Below, piece by piece: positions 27,700-43,096 of a stretch of 64,000 bases of DNA (the first letter of the stretch is position 1; the number at the start of each line of letters is the position of its first letter). The notes below the pieces were generated by a model. It saw only the letters and a program-made list of their open reading frames with translations. It was not told the DNA's origin and ran no database searches. Origin of the DNA: Eledone cirrhosa (Eukaryota); NCBI GenBank assembly GCA_964016885.1, contig OZ024755.1, positions 23,188,001-23,252,000 of the forward strand. The letters run 5' to 3'. The translations under genes were made by a program, and so were the position numbers.

Positions 27700-28259
27700 G
27701 AAATACTATTAAAATTTCTTACTCTACGACTCCTAACCTTGCACATAACATCGCAGCTTCAAATTTAGCTAAACTACCTAGCCGTAGGAACACGTGCAAC
27801 CCTGTAGTTAGTACTAACTGTAATTGTAGGAATCGGGCTGATTGCCCCCTATCCGGGAAATTCCTCTCTAGTAACATTGTCTACAAATGTAAGTTTGTAA
27901 CACCCACGTCCCATAGGGCCTACATAGGGTTAACCGCCAATAGTTTCAAGCAGCGTCTTTACATGCATACCCATTCTTTTCGCTACCCTCTAAGAAGGAA
28001 TATGACGTCACTTTCAGCTTATATCTGGAGTCTAAAAGATAACCACACCCAATATAAGTTACACTGGGAGATCCTAGCTAGGGCTAGATCGTATAACGGA
28101 AATAAAAGACCATGTGACCTCTGCGCCGCTGAGGCCCTGGAAATACTCTACGCCACAGACCACATCTTAAACAAAAAATGTGAGGCAATTTCGGCTTGTA
28201 AACATAAATTGCACAAAACTTTCCTGTATTACAGCCCCACGTTATACCCTAACGGATAG
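27696..28259 (+). mobile_element. Second Naiad-type PLE: uninterrupted linker + GIY-YIG reading frame, 5'-truncated at (TA)n; 3' UTR runs to ~29220
   Basis: NRNTIKISYSTTPNLAH...CNCRNRADCPLSGKFLSSNIVYKC...AYIGLTANSFKQRLYMH..SF...TSLSAYIWSLK...WEILARARSYN...CDLCAAE...LNKKCE...CKH; in frame with the listed ORF 27963-28259. Confidence 0.9.
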
Positions 28260-29149
28260 CACGAACGTGGATATTTTACGTCTTGATGTGGGAGCTAAGT
28301 ATATGTTTTGTTTATTCCTTTACTTATTTGCATAGGTAAGTATATATTACCCGTATGTTTTGTGAAGGTATGTATACTTTCTCGTACGTATATTTGACTG
28401 TTATGGCGTATAATTTTTACATAGTCTGGTATTTAGGGTTTGGCTATGTGTATACGGGAGTTTTGCGTCTGCGTGAGTATGCAGGTTCGTACGTATGGTG
28501 GGTGTGTGTATATGTGTACTTCTTGTTTTAGTTGACTTACGTCTCCGAACATTCGTGTATTTATATGTAGGTATGCGTGTGCGCTTGATGTATACGTATT
28601 TATTTACTTATATACGTTGATATAATTATTTATTTATTTGTACACAAGCATACACACACACACACATATTTATATGTGCGTGGTTTTGTATACCTATGGT
28701 AAGGTTTTGCGTATGCTTGTGTATGTACGTATCTGTTTGCATGTATGTATTTATTTGTTTCTATTACTTCTGTATTGTATTTATTTACTTTGTTCTTAAC
28801 TCTGTAGCGGAGATTAATTTTAGTCTACGACTTCTGCTATACCATTTACGTGGTTTTTTTTTTGCGTGCTATTGTTCTCCACGCTCCACATATGACTTAT
28901 TATCTTCGTTTTTTCGTTCATTGCCAGAGAACGTCTCTATACACCACCTAAGAGAACATTAGTCTACGACCTCTTTTATACCATAAACGTGGTTCTGTCT
29001 TTGCGCGTAATTGTTTTTGACGTATTATTCGTTTTTTCACGTTCTTTGCCAGCGAACGTTACCACGAACCAAAGTATCGTCTTCCTGTCTTCCTCCGGTT
29101 GCAACGTTTTTTGAAATATCCAGTTCTGCGTTTACAGATTGACTTTGTT

Positions 29150-29200
29150 AGTTTCAGAAGATCCCGTTAAGGGTGAAAGCAGCGATTCTTTGCTTAAACT
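29150..29200 (+). ncRNA. Variant hammerhead (core CAGAAGA) at the Naiad 3' end; matching copy at 60111-60161 (minus)
   Basis: AGTTT CAGAAGA t ccc gttaa ggg t GAAA GCAG-cgattct-TTGC TT AAACT; all three stems can form. Confidence 0.55.
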
Positions 29201-29384
29201 TTAATCTGTTATTTTAATAAATATATATATTATATATATATATATTGTATATATATATAATATATATAATATATATATATATAACATATATACCGAAGGA
29301 AATGTGGTAAGGAACCAAGTGGACCATAATGCACCAAAGTACTCAATACTTAGGGTAGTAGAGTGGGTAATAGGAACGAGTAGG

Positions 29385-29480
29385 ACCCCGACGGCTGAGC
29401 TCAAGCCGTTTCGACGGCTAATTCTGGACTAAATGAAAATTTTTATCCTGGTATATGAATAGCCGAGCTTCTCAGGGAGT
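29385..29480 (-). ncRNA. Family-B hammerhead, complete copy (core CTGAGA, GUC cleavage site)
   Basis: Minus strand: ACTCC CTGAGA ag ct CGGCTATTC...GAATTAGCCG tc GAAA CGGCT tgagctc AGCCG TC GGGGT. Confidence 0.65.
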
Positions 29481-29486
29481 AATTCA

Positions 29487-31474
29487 TATATATATATATT
29501 ATATATATATATATATAATTATATAATATATATATAATATATATTATATATAATATATATATATATATTATATATAAATATATATATTATATATAAATAT
29601 ATATATTATATATAAATATATATATTATATATAAATATATATATTATATATAATATATATATTATATATAATATATATATATATATTATATATATATATA
29701 TTATATATAAATATATATATTATATATAATATATATATTATATATATTATATATATATATTATATATAAATATATATATTATATATAAATATATATAATA
29801 TATATATATTATATATATATTATATATATATATTATATATTATATATATATATTATATATATATATTATATATTATATATATATATTATATATATATATT
29901 ATATATTATATATATATATATTATATATATATATTATATATAGATATTATATATATATATTATATATATATATTATATATAATATATATATATTATATAT
30001 ATATATTATATATAGATATTATATATATATATTATATATATATATTATATATAATATATATATATTATATATATATATTATATATAGATATTATATATAG
30101 ATATTATATATATATATTATATATATATATATATATTATATATATATATTATATATATATATTATATATATATATTATATATAGATATTATATATATATA
30201 TATTATATATAGATATTATATATAATATATATATTATATATAGATATTATATATAATATATATATATTATATATATATATTATATATAAATATATATATT
30301 ATATATATATATATATTATATATATATAATATATATATATTATATATATATATTATATATAAATATATATAATATATATATATTATATATATATATTATA
30401 TATAAATATATATAATATATATATATTATATATATATATTATATATAAATATATATATTATATATATATATTATATATAAATATATATATTATAAATATA
30501 TATATTATATATATATATATTATATATTATATATATATATTATATTATATATATATATATATATATTATATATTATATATATTATATATATTATATTATA
30601 TATATATATATATATATTATATATAAATATATATAATATATATATATTATATATATATATTATATATATATATTATATATAAATATATATATTATATATA
30701 AATATATATAATATATATATATTATATATATATATTATATATAAATATATATATTATATATAAATATATATATTATATATATATATTATATATATATATA
30801 TTATATATTATATATATATATTATATATAAATATATATATAATATATATATATTATATATAAATATATATATTATATATAATATATATATATTATATATA
30901 ATATATATATATTATATATATATTATATATAATATATATATATTATATATAAATATATATATAATATATATATATTATATATAAATATATATATTATATA
31001 TAATATATATATATATTATATATAAATATATATATAATATATATATATTATATATAATATATATATATTATATATAATATATATATATATTATATATAAT
31101 ATATATATATATTATATATAATATATATATATATTATATATAATATATATATATATTATATATAATATATATATATATTATATATAATATATATATATAT
31201 TATATATAAATATATATATAATATATATATATTATATATAAATATATATATTATATATAATATATATATATATTATATATAAATATATATATAATATATA
31301 TATATTATATATAAATATATATATTATATATAATATATATATATATTATATATAATATATATATATAATATATATATATAATATATATATATTATATATA
31401 ATATATATAAATATATATATTATATATAATATATATAAATATATATATTATATATAATATATATATATTATATA
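29487..31474. repeat. ~2-kb AT-only array, (TA)n with TT/AA/AAA interruptions
   Basis: Direct observation. Confidence 0.97.
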
Positions 31475-31910
31475 TGTGAAAATGGGGAGAAGAATACTGC
31501 AGGTTGCACATGTATAACATGTAATAAAATAAGTCCCTCATCAGTGATTTGCCGACGATCATAGATATTTCATTGCATTAAAAATCATATACCTCACGTC
31601 GGTGCAATAATAACTAAATTAAGTTATTAGGACAATTAAAACGCGTAAAGCGAGTGAGACAAGATAACAACAAAGAGGAGAGCTAACCGTAGAAGGAAGG
31701 GAACAAGCTTCATAGTTATTCTGTTAGCATAAGCTAGGTGAATATATAAGCGCTTAGAAAAGAGACCTTTCGGGAACGAATCCAAATGTGAGAAAGAGAG
31801 AAAATGTTTTCGTCGCGAACGGGGTGAAGTGAGAAGAGGAGAAACAGTGAGTGAGTGAGTGGAAGTGTGAGGAAGAGTTAACTGACATGACAGAGGGGGC
31901 GAAAGAAAGT
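31475..31910 (-). repeat. Probable PLE terminal-repeat fragment between TA arrays, with a broken HHR
   Basis: Minus strand cactgatgaggg...acatg ttata catgt hairpin, but no GAAA follows. Confidence 0.35.
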
Positions 31911-31977
31911 GTATATATATTATATATAATATATATATATTATATATATTATATATAATATATATATATATTATATA

Positions 31978-33033
31978 CTAGCAGTAAAGCCCGGCGTTGC
32001 TCGGGGTCGCTCAGTAGCTGTGTTAAAGTTACAATGTTAAGTTTCTTTTTTGGCTTAAAAACTGTAGTGTCTACTGTGCAGACTTGCATGTGGTGTTTTT
32101 GATTAATATTCCCTCAACCAACAATATGCCTTATGAAGTTAAGAAAACATAACGATAACCCGAATGTTATAACAAAAGAGGTTGCTGGGGATAAAAACTG
32201 CACTGGTTATTTATTAACATAGATCGAAAATGTAAACACTGCAACGCAGAGAAAAATATTAGCGTAACCAAATTATCAGTTATGTCTGTCTGCACGCCTA
32301 TATCACCTCTCTGCACGACTGTCTGTCTGCACGCCTATATCACCTCTCTGCACGACTGTCTGTCTGCACGACTGTCTGTCTGCACGCCTATATCACCTCT
32401 CTGCACGACTGTCTGTCTGCACGCCTATATCACCTCTCTGCACGACTATCTGTCTGCACGCGTATATCACCTCTCTGCACGACTGTCTGTCTGCACGACT
32501 GTCTGTCTGCACGCCTAACGAAATTTACAGATACATATATTTTAAATAAACTTATATAATTTTTGCTTTTTTTTTACGAAATATTTGCTTGTTTTACGTA
32601 GTCTTTAAATAGACTTGTTTTCAAGTAAAAATATTGTTTTAAAATGCTTTTAAATGGAAATGAAGCAAAACGGAAGCTTAGTGTTCGAACTGATGAATTT
32701 TGCAGGTCAATATTTTGCTGGCTCGACAACTGTTCGTGTATTGTGTTAATGTCATTTTAAACGCTGAGAAAGCCAGCGTAATTTTTTACGTAAGACGCTC
32801 AATGTAAACAGAACAAAGGGAAATAACTGATAACTTACGCTCAAAAATCGATACATTATATTCGATTTCGTCACATAGGGTGGGTCAATTTGAAATATTT
32901 TATTTCCGATGTCTTCGCTAGGGCTCAATGTACAAGTATAGCAATTTCGGTGCAATTCCGTCAGAGATTCTAAGAGGAGATGTGTGCCAAAAATCGATAG
33001 ACAGACAGACAACCTCAGTTTTATATATATAGA
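31978..33033 (-). mobile_element. Non-autonomous Helitron
   Basis: Minus strand starts A|TCTATATATATAAAA and ends with a GC-rich hairpin (cccg-agcaacgc-cggg) + CTAG|T; no TSD; internal 37-bp minisatellite at 32283-32517. Confidence 0.85.
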
Positions 33034-33039
33034 TTTATA

Positions 33040-34914
<1,875 letters not shown>

Positions 34915-35127
34915 ATACTGGTATCAACGCTGGCCTCTGTCATTGACGGGATGGTAGTATTACACTATAAGCCTACGCCCCTTCACCAGATGGACATAAG
35001 TAGGCTTAATAATCACCATTTGAGGTTGGCCGATCGGGGTAGAATCTGCTAAATGTTCGGTCGCCCTCATGTCTCTGATCTTCAGCCCCATGGATTTTGT
35101 CTATTATATTCCTTTGTTATATTTCGA

Positions 35128-35185
35128 ATACCTGATGATGTCACCGGATTCATACTGAACCCGGTCATTGAAATTATGATAGTAT
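35128..35185 (+). ncRNA. Minimal type-I hammerhead in a ~470-bp non-coding element (34915-35390)
   Basis: ATAC CTGATGA tgtc accggattca-tac-tgaacccggt catt GAAA ttatga TA GTAT, followed by AATAAA. Confidence 0.68.
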
Positions 35186-36309
35186 AATAAACCTTTCAAG
35201 GATTTACACCAGTCCAGCCTCCTGTTATCTTATAATAATTAACTCCGTACTCGCACCACCACCAACAACACAAAGAAGACGGGTGAGTTGCATAAAGTTG
35301 AGTGCTCTCCAAAATATTACATCGAGGTTGACCATACGGAATGACCAGTTCTATCCAGTGGTTAACCAACAAACCTAAATAAATAAATATATATATATGT
35401 ATATGCATACATATATATATATGAGAGAGAGAGGTGGGAGAAATAAAGACTTACATAAGTTAGCAATATGTCTGTATGTGTGAAGGTATGTATCTGTGTA
35501 TGTATATTAAAAATGGTAATAATTACGCAGTTTCGTTGTTTATTTACTTCACAACGTATAAAGATGAAAGGGAAAAATTCAAAATTTATTTTCATATATG
35601 TATATTTTATTTGAAACAACCGGTTTTCATACGTACATAATACCTTTTGGCTTGAATGTTTTCTTTTCATTTTTTGTTTTTCTATTCGGTTCTATTCCGA
35701 TAAAAATCAAAAATATTCAAAACACTAATCTATCGCCCCCGTTGGGAATATTCAGACTACAAATTTGTTTTCTCTCGTCTACATCATCCGTCATAATCAT
35801 TAGACCCGGGTTCAATCCCACTGCGTAGCATCTTGGACAAGCGTTGTTTAGCTTGGAGCCTCCAAAGTGTTGTAAATGCCTTTTTGATAGGCTGTTTCTG
35901 TAATTCTCACAGAGAACTACGTTACAGGTAGACGGATTTGTGGAATATTCAGCCTCTTGAGCAGAATGTTCTGTAGATCAAACAACTGGAACACTCGTCG
36001 TCGGAACCGACGGAAGTCCAACATATCGCTCGCCTCATCACAAGCGATCTCTTGTGTTTTATCAGTCTCTATCGTTTTCCCCAGTCTATTATAATACTTT
36101 TTCCACCTTTGTTGCGTCGAGTTTAAAAGACGCACATCAGATTCCTTGAGCCAGTAGTATAGCCCTCAATGCTTCTCTCTCTCTCTCTCTCGCTATCGCG
36201 CTCTCTCTCTCTCTCTCTCATGCAAGCGTGGAAGATAGATGTTAAACAATGGTGATGATAGTGTGTGTGTGTGTATATATATATGTGTGTGTGTACCAAA
36301 GTCGTTAAT

Positions 36310-36720
36310 AATGGTTTCTTATATAGGCACAGGACCAGTAATTTGGGGGGGAGGGGAAGTCGATTAAATCGACCCCAGTGTGTGACTGGTACTTTATTTT
36401 ATCGACCCCATAAGGATGAAAGGCAAAGTTAACCTCGGCGGGATTTGAGCTCATATTATAAAGGGCCGTAACTCTATGCTGCAAAGCATGGCGTCCGACC
36501 CTCTACCGATTACGCCAATCCACCGCCCTCAAAGTCGTTAATAATTGTTTCTACTTTTAGGCACAAGGCCAGCAATTCCCCAGTTCATTACTGGTACTTT
36601 ATTTTATCGACCCCGTAAGGATGAAAGGCAAAGTCAACCTCGGCGGGATTTGAACTCAGATCGTAAAGGGACGAAACTATGCTGGAAAGCATGGCGTCCG
36701 ACCCTCTACCGATACTGCTA
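36310..36720 (-). mobile_element. Two tandem tRNA-derived SINEs
   Basis: First copy flanked by TSD caaagtcgttaataat (36297-36312, 36530-36545). Further degenerate copies at 37125-37280, 38420-38565 and 41260-41445. Confidence 0.9.
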
Positions 36721-37708
36721 ATACACTGATTATATTGGTGTCAACAGTGGAGGAAGTTACATGGCAGTTAGTTTTGTGGGAAAAATTGACGGAGTAGAAT
36801 TTTCAGGCAATAATTTTCTATGGTGGAATTTACATAGAACTGTATATTGTTATATAGAGTAATATAATGCTGCGTAGTATAACACTGTTTAGCATATTAT
36901 TGTGTAGTATAAGTTTGGGTTGTGTAGTGTTGTAGTAATTATCGTATGTTAGAGCGTTGTCAAGTAAATTCTCATATAAACGATTTTCTGGCGTGGAATC
37001 TCTTATTTAGGGACTTAGTAGTTCGGAACACAGCATGACACAAATGGGAGACGTTTAAAACCTCATCAGTCAATGGCAGGCGTCGAGCGCGGTCTCTCAG
37101 TCAACTGGTAATTTCCTATGTTGAAATAATGGTTTCTGATTTAGGCACAAGGCCAACAATTTTGAGGGAGGGGAAAGTTGTTCAAATCGACCCCAGTGCA
37201 TTGCTGGTACTTTATTTTATTGACTTCGTAAGGAAGAAGTCAAAACTAGTTCCGGTGGGATTTGAACTCAGAACGATACAATATCTTCTTCACCCAGGAA
37301 CACTCGATTCACCCGTCTCCTATACTGCAATACATTTTCCAAACGCTGCTGGATTCCACCACTCTACATCTGCCATTCCCTAGAATTCTTGCCACCTTCT
37401 CTTGGGCCAAATATTTTATGCAGACACTTATTTACACTTTACTCTGGATATTACAAGATCAATCTCACCATTCTAGGTTGGGAAGTCTGCAAAGCCACGG
37501 ACACTAACTCTTTCCCTCTCTCACACAAATGAAATTTATCTAGATAAGCAGTTAAGTAATAGAAATTTTACAAAAAATGAGACACAGAACACACACACAC
37601 ACACACACACAGTGTGTGTGTGTATTTATGTATGTATTTATATGTATATATATATATATGTATATATATGGTTTTTGTATATGTATATGTGTGTTGTATG
37701 TGTGTGTG

Positions 37709-37748
<40 letters not shown>

Positions 37749-38681
37749 GAGAGAGAGAGAGAGAAAGAAAGAAAGAGGGTTGGCAATTAAAATTGACTTC
37801 CTGTGCAATCATTCCATTTCCTTGTAACATTTTTAATTATGTTTTTACTGTTTGTTGTTTTTAAATGACGTTTGTCATTTTCTTTCTCCTTTCCTCTATT
37901 TCCCTTCATTTTTCTTTTGCAATGTTTTGTTTGTCTTTACCACGTCCCAGTTTGCAGAGGAAACTAAAATGTTGGCCATTTGATTTATATTGCCCTTGTC
38001 ACTCTAACTCATCTCCCCTAACATTTATTCTAGCAGGAAACATTTCCCCTCTTCATCCTCATTTTCCACAGAGAGATCCTTAAAAGAGATAATAATAAAT
38101 AGATAATCGGAAAGGAAAAGATCTGATTTTATCTCTTTCAGTCTTGTTCCCTATAATAACAATTTCTCTTTATTCACACCTCCTGACCGTACTTGTCAAA
38201 AAATGCGCCGATGGAGTTAATTTATTTCCGAATCAGTCAACCCTATGGTATGGTATGGTCCCGTAACTTATCAGGGCACCGTATTGACATGCGGCGTTTC
38301 TAGGGCATTTTAAAATCCGGCGGAGTCCATCTCCTCTCCAGGTCTGAATAAAGCAGATTTCTTCAAGGGAAGTATAAAGTGTGTGAGAAAGATATAGAAA
38401 AAGAATCGACGCCTGTATTAGGCTGGTACTTTTTTTTTATCAACCTCGAATGAATAAAAGGGAAAGTTTACTTCGGCGGGATTTGAATTGAGGGAGCAGC
38501 GAACCGAAATGAATACCGCAAAGCATTGTATCCGATGTTCTAACGACTCTACCAATTCGTCAGCCCTATTCAAGATATCAAACATTTAACAGAAGTCTAC
38601 AAACCTGAGATCTTATGTCCTACACAAGTACGTGGGAGATAAAATTTTGCCATTGAAATCCTACCACAGATAATTAATGCC

Positions 38682-40479
38682 CAGTGGCGAAACTAGGTAT
38701 TTTGCGCCCGGGGGCACGCTCGAACCCCCACCCCCGTAATTTAAAGACACGAAAAAACATGAATATATGATCTAAAATTACTTTTATAAAATTAATATGG
38801 AAAAAAGAATAAAAAAATATTTACAAAGGGATCTTTCACGCTTTAGCTGATGCAAATTGATCGATTATTTCATCAAAATCGGTTGATTTTGTTTCTTCGC
38901 TTTCTATGCTGAGGATGGCAAGATCACGCAGACGGCTTTGAGACATAAATGTCCGCAAATACGATAAGCTGAGGTTGAGCTTGCTGAAGGATCTCTCACA
39001 GCTTGCGACGGAAACGGCCATTGTTAGCAGTATCTGTAGACCGATAGGCAAATTCGGAAATACACTGTTGTCTCCATATTAAACAATAAAATTCTGGTGT
39101 TCTGGTCTTGAGACTGAAACATTAGCGCGGGTTGACAGCAACGCCCGACAGTCAACGATTTCTTCAAAAGGCTCCTTGCCGTCAATGTCAGCATTGTAGT
39201 GATCAGCTAATGAAGAGCACTTTGATCGAAGCGCGAGGTCGTCTTGAAAAGGTGGAAAGCACAGAGAGCGGACATCGAGGAGGAAGCCAAACCTCGCGTC
39301 AATATCGTTGAGGCGGGCGAATCGTAGCTGCGTTTCTGATTGAATTTGCATGACTGTTTTTACTTCACTGGCTGGTGACAGTAATTCATCTTTAGAATTA
39401 TCTGAAAGCTGCTGTCTTGGCCTTCCGCTACGTTTGCTGATGTCAATGTCCCAGCGTTGACTTAACTCAATGCCTTTATTAAGTGATTGCTGGGCAATAG
39501 TACTTCCATTATCCGCGAAATACTGCTGGAGGGCTTTGATGTCATCAGCAGAATCCCGGAAGTTCACTGTTGGATCTTGAAGGCGTTTCTGAACCCGATC
39601 GATTCGAGCCAGAATCCTATTCCAAAATCCAAGCAACACGAAGAAGTGGAAGACAAGCATTTGGCTTAAAAGATGTTCTGCATCACTTTGTGTGTCGGAT
39701 CTCTCCCCATTATTCTCTACCAACTTTTGCAGAAGCTCGAGGATTTCATTCAGAAAGTTTGCAAGATGGTTTACAGCATCTGCTCTTGCGCTCCATCTGG
39801 TGTCCGATAGAGATTTCAGAAAGAAAGGGATTGCTTGCTTTAACTTTTCCCAACGCCGTGTTGATCGCGAAAAGAACGCAAACAATGACTCGATGGCATT
39901 GAAAAATGACATAACTTTGAAGCTACTCTTCGCTGCGGTCAAATTAACGAGGTTAAGTGAATGGCTATCACAGTTAGCAAATATCGCCTTTTCGTTCAAA
40001 TTCGTTCAAGTTATAGAGCACAAACAATTGATGGGTTAATGTATTGAGCAACAGAAAACATAAGTTTTTGTTCATGCACAGTAAAAAAGAAAATAATTTA
40101 CTCATTTCAAAAGGAACTTACGGAGTAAGAGCACACAACCGCACAGTGAAAAATTGTTCTTGTAAGTGACTTGCAACCACATTTGGTAGGAGGTTCATTG
40201 AGCTGATTTATTCCTGTTCATTCATGCTGTACGTACAGTGTACAGCCAAGACCTCAAAGCGCCCCCTGCTCTGTCAAAAATACGTCTAGGCACGCCTAGT
40301 GCACGCACACCCGTGCACGCGTGTACAGTGTACTGTACACACACACACACACGTTACGCGCGAAAATGCGGGTATACTGTTTTCAAAGTTTGCAGCAAAC
40401 AATCTTGCTTCAATTTTTAAGTCAACAATCTTGGTCAATTTTGTGCCCCCCCCCCCCCCCCCCCCCAGTTACGCCACTG
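38682..40479 (-). mobile_element. hAT DNA transposon, internally deleted
   Basis: TIRs CAGTGGCGAAACT / AGTTACGCCACTG; decayed 8-bp TSD ttaatgcc / ctaatgac; encloses the transposase remnant. Confidence 0.9.
38836..39999 (-). pseudogene. hAT transposase remnant (insertion domain to C-terminal dimerization domain)
   Basis: CDSHSLNL (CxxH), DTRWSAR and SVASCERSFSKL motifs; split into ORFs 39079-39999 and 38836-39051; N-terminal part missing. Confidence 0.9.
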
Positions 40480-42190
40480 CTAATGACATCAAATCATCTT
40501 GGAAATCTCTCAAAATCTCGACTTAATACATCCTCTTAGAGATACTGGGCCTCTCTGCGCAGAAATACCAGGATTGGTTTGATGAAAACAACGCAGATTT
40601 TCAACAGCTTATTAAAAACAAGGCAAGATTCACACAAAACACGGATCACTAAAAATAAAAACTCCATCAAAAAGCGTGGATACAAAAAACACAAGAAGCA
40701 TATTGGAGAGCCCTCGAGAGAATGAATGGGTATTGATGGCCATCTAAAGCTGCTGAACTCCAGGAAACAGCAAACAGGAAGGACTCAAAAGCTTTTTATA
40801 GAAGTCTCGGAAGAGTGTTTGAACCCAAGGAAAATATTTCATTGCCTGTTCTGTTTTCTGATTGTCAGGCTCTTCTGGTTGATAAGAATCGCATTCTTTC
40901 CCGGTGGAAGGAACATTTTGAGGTTGTTCTTAACAACAATGTTGTCATCAGTGATGATGTAATTGATGCCATTCCTCCTCAAATACCAGAAATCCTAGGG
41001 TTGTCCCTTGAACCATGCTTAAAATATGTTTAAGATGCTATAAAGAGAATGTTATCAAATGGCAGAAAAACTGGCTTAAAAGCTTTTTGGGCTTTTTGAA
41101 GTTATCTGGGGGAGTTGGTGTGTACCACTGGACTACAAGGATACACCCATTGAGCATCTCTTCAAAAGCAAGGGGAAAAAAATTGTACAGTGATAAGTCA
41201 CGTGTCATCTCTCTCCTGTGAATTGCAGCTAAAATGACAATAGTAATTTTTAATAGAATGTTTTTTTATTTAAGTACAATGCTAACAATTTGAGGAAGAG
41301 GAAAATCGATTAAATCGACCCCAGTGCGTTACTGGTATTTTATTTTATCCCACCCCGTAAAGATGAACAACAAAGCTCACCTCGGGGAAGATTTGAACAC
41401 AGAATGTAAAGAAACAACTATATGCCGTAAAGCATGTTGTCCGGCAAAGTATGTAATCGATGACATCTATCTAGTGTCACATTGTATTTTTAGATCATGT
41501 TAAGATACCACCCATGTGATCTTTTCATTACGTCAGGTTCCTTAGAAAGTTCGTGAGAAAAATTATGAAATGTATTAGCATATTTTTTACGGATCTGACA
41601 AGAGTGTTTCGACACTCACAACAAAAATGATATCTGAATAGTTTTTTTTTTAAATGAAAAATGTCATTATTTTATTGGCAGTATCGGTAGAGGGTCGGAC
41701 GCCATGCTTTGACGCATAGAGTTACGGCCCTTGCCATTCTGAGTTCAAATCCCGCCGAGGTTAACTTTGCCTTTCATCCTTACGGGGTCGATAAAATAAA
41801 GTACCAGTAATGCACTGGATAATTGCTGGCCTTGTGCCAAAAGTAGAAACAATTATTTTGTAAAATGATAAATGTCATTATTTTCTTACATGTTACAATG
41901 AAAGCATTAGTTTTAATAAGGAGATCCACCTTCACTCTTTTACGACGTTTCGAAAGACAAGCCGTGTTTGTATCACGACTCCATGTTATACCATGCTTAT
42001 GGCGACTTTGATTCAGGTGTACAATTTCAATTCCTTATTAATGGCGGCATCTTCAATCATTAACGATTTAAAGCCAAAACACTTGTCTGAATGGCAATGA
42101 TACGTGACCTTTAGTTTGGTGCTGCTGCAGCTGTTGTTGCAGTTGCTACACGTGTTGTAACATCAATCAAAAAAATAACTTGTTAATCGA
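40480..42190 (+). mobile_element. Heavily decayed RTE/BovB-type LINE (5' stub at ~38570-38681, split by the hAT element)
   Basis: QDWFDENN, ILSRWKEHFEVVLN, RVISLL and FSLRQ motif remnants in shifting frames; SINE insertions inside. Confidence 0.75.
41676..41856 (+). mobile_element. tRNA-derived SINE
   Basis: Matches the reference copy. Confidence 0.9.
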
Positions 42191-42200
42191 TTCTCTATTA

Positions 42201-42518
42201 CAGGAGTGTACAACATATTTCATTGGTGGGCCACTTTTGAACATTGGAACAACTATTAGGGCCATTAATATTCATTAAACCCTATTCCAAATATTCACCA
42301 CAACTTCTTTCTATCACATAGAACTGGGAAATTATAACACACAGAACCCTATCAGTGAAGCCCTTTAGTATAGGTCAGCTAACAGAAAATTGTATTACGG
42401 TTACGAAGAAATTCTAAATAAGCCTACAAGGTAAAAATTAAAAACGGTCATCGCGGACCACTCTGACTGGTCTGGTGGGCCGGATTGTGGCCCGCAGGCC
42501 GCCTGTTACGCGCCCCTG
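42201..42518. mobile_element. hAT/Charlie-type MITE
   Basis: CAGG...CCTG termini; TSD ctctatta / ctctaata; gggccg subterminal motifs. Confidence 0.75.
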
Positions 42519-42524
42519 CTCTAA

Positions 42525-43020
42525 TACATACATACATACATGAAGGGGTAGTCTGCTCCATACAAATACTGACTTTTTTATGGCTGTTCCTTCCTTGCAT
42601 GCGATCTCAAATGGCTTTTGAGTCTTGAAAGCCTGTTAAAAACCCGTTCACATATAAATACAATGATGATGTCTTATTTCGTTCTTATTTCCCCTTTGGG
42701 TTTACTTATTGTGTATGTTCAGATGTTGCTTCAGTCCACCACCTGGTTTGTAAATTTTCTGACAAACATGGCACTGGAACTGATTCCCTGCAACGAACTT
42801 TGAATAGTCAACTTGAGCTTTACCACCATGACCTCGTTGATGTGGCTTCATACCAAGGTTCGAAAGGCACAGCTTGTGGCACACAGGGCATTTGAAAACC
42901 AACTCTGGATAAGATTCATCATTATTATTGTTGGTCTCATTTTTCCATACTTTTCTTTTCAGTTCTGCATGTTTTGCCTCTCCATTTCAAATGTTTTAAC
43001 TCCATTCCAAATAGCAGTTC
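42525..43020 (-). mobile_element. RTE-type LINE 3' end encoding C2H2 zinc fingers, (ATGT)n tail
   Basis: FKCPVCHKLCLSNLGMKPHQRGH...FQCHVCQKIYKPGGGLKQHLNIH; flanked by CATA repeats. Confidence 0.6.
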
Positions 43021-43096
43021 TCCATACATACATACATACATACATACATACATACATACATACATACATACATACATACATACATACATACATACA

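Noticed and set aside
42702-42902. Host C2H2 zinc-finger gene
   Set aside because: Frameshifted, bounded by CATA repeats, and positioned like a LINE ORF C-terminus.
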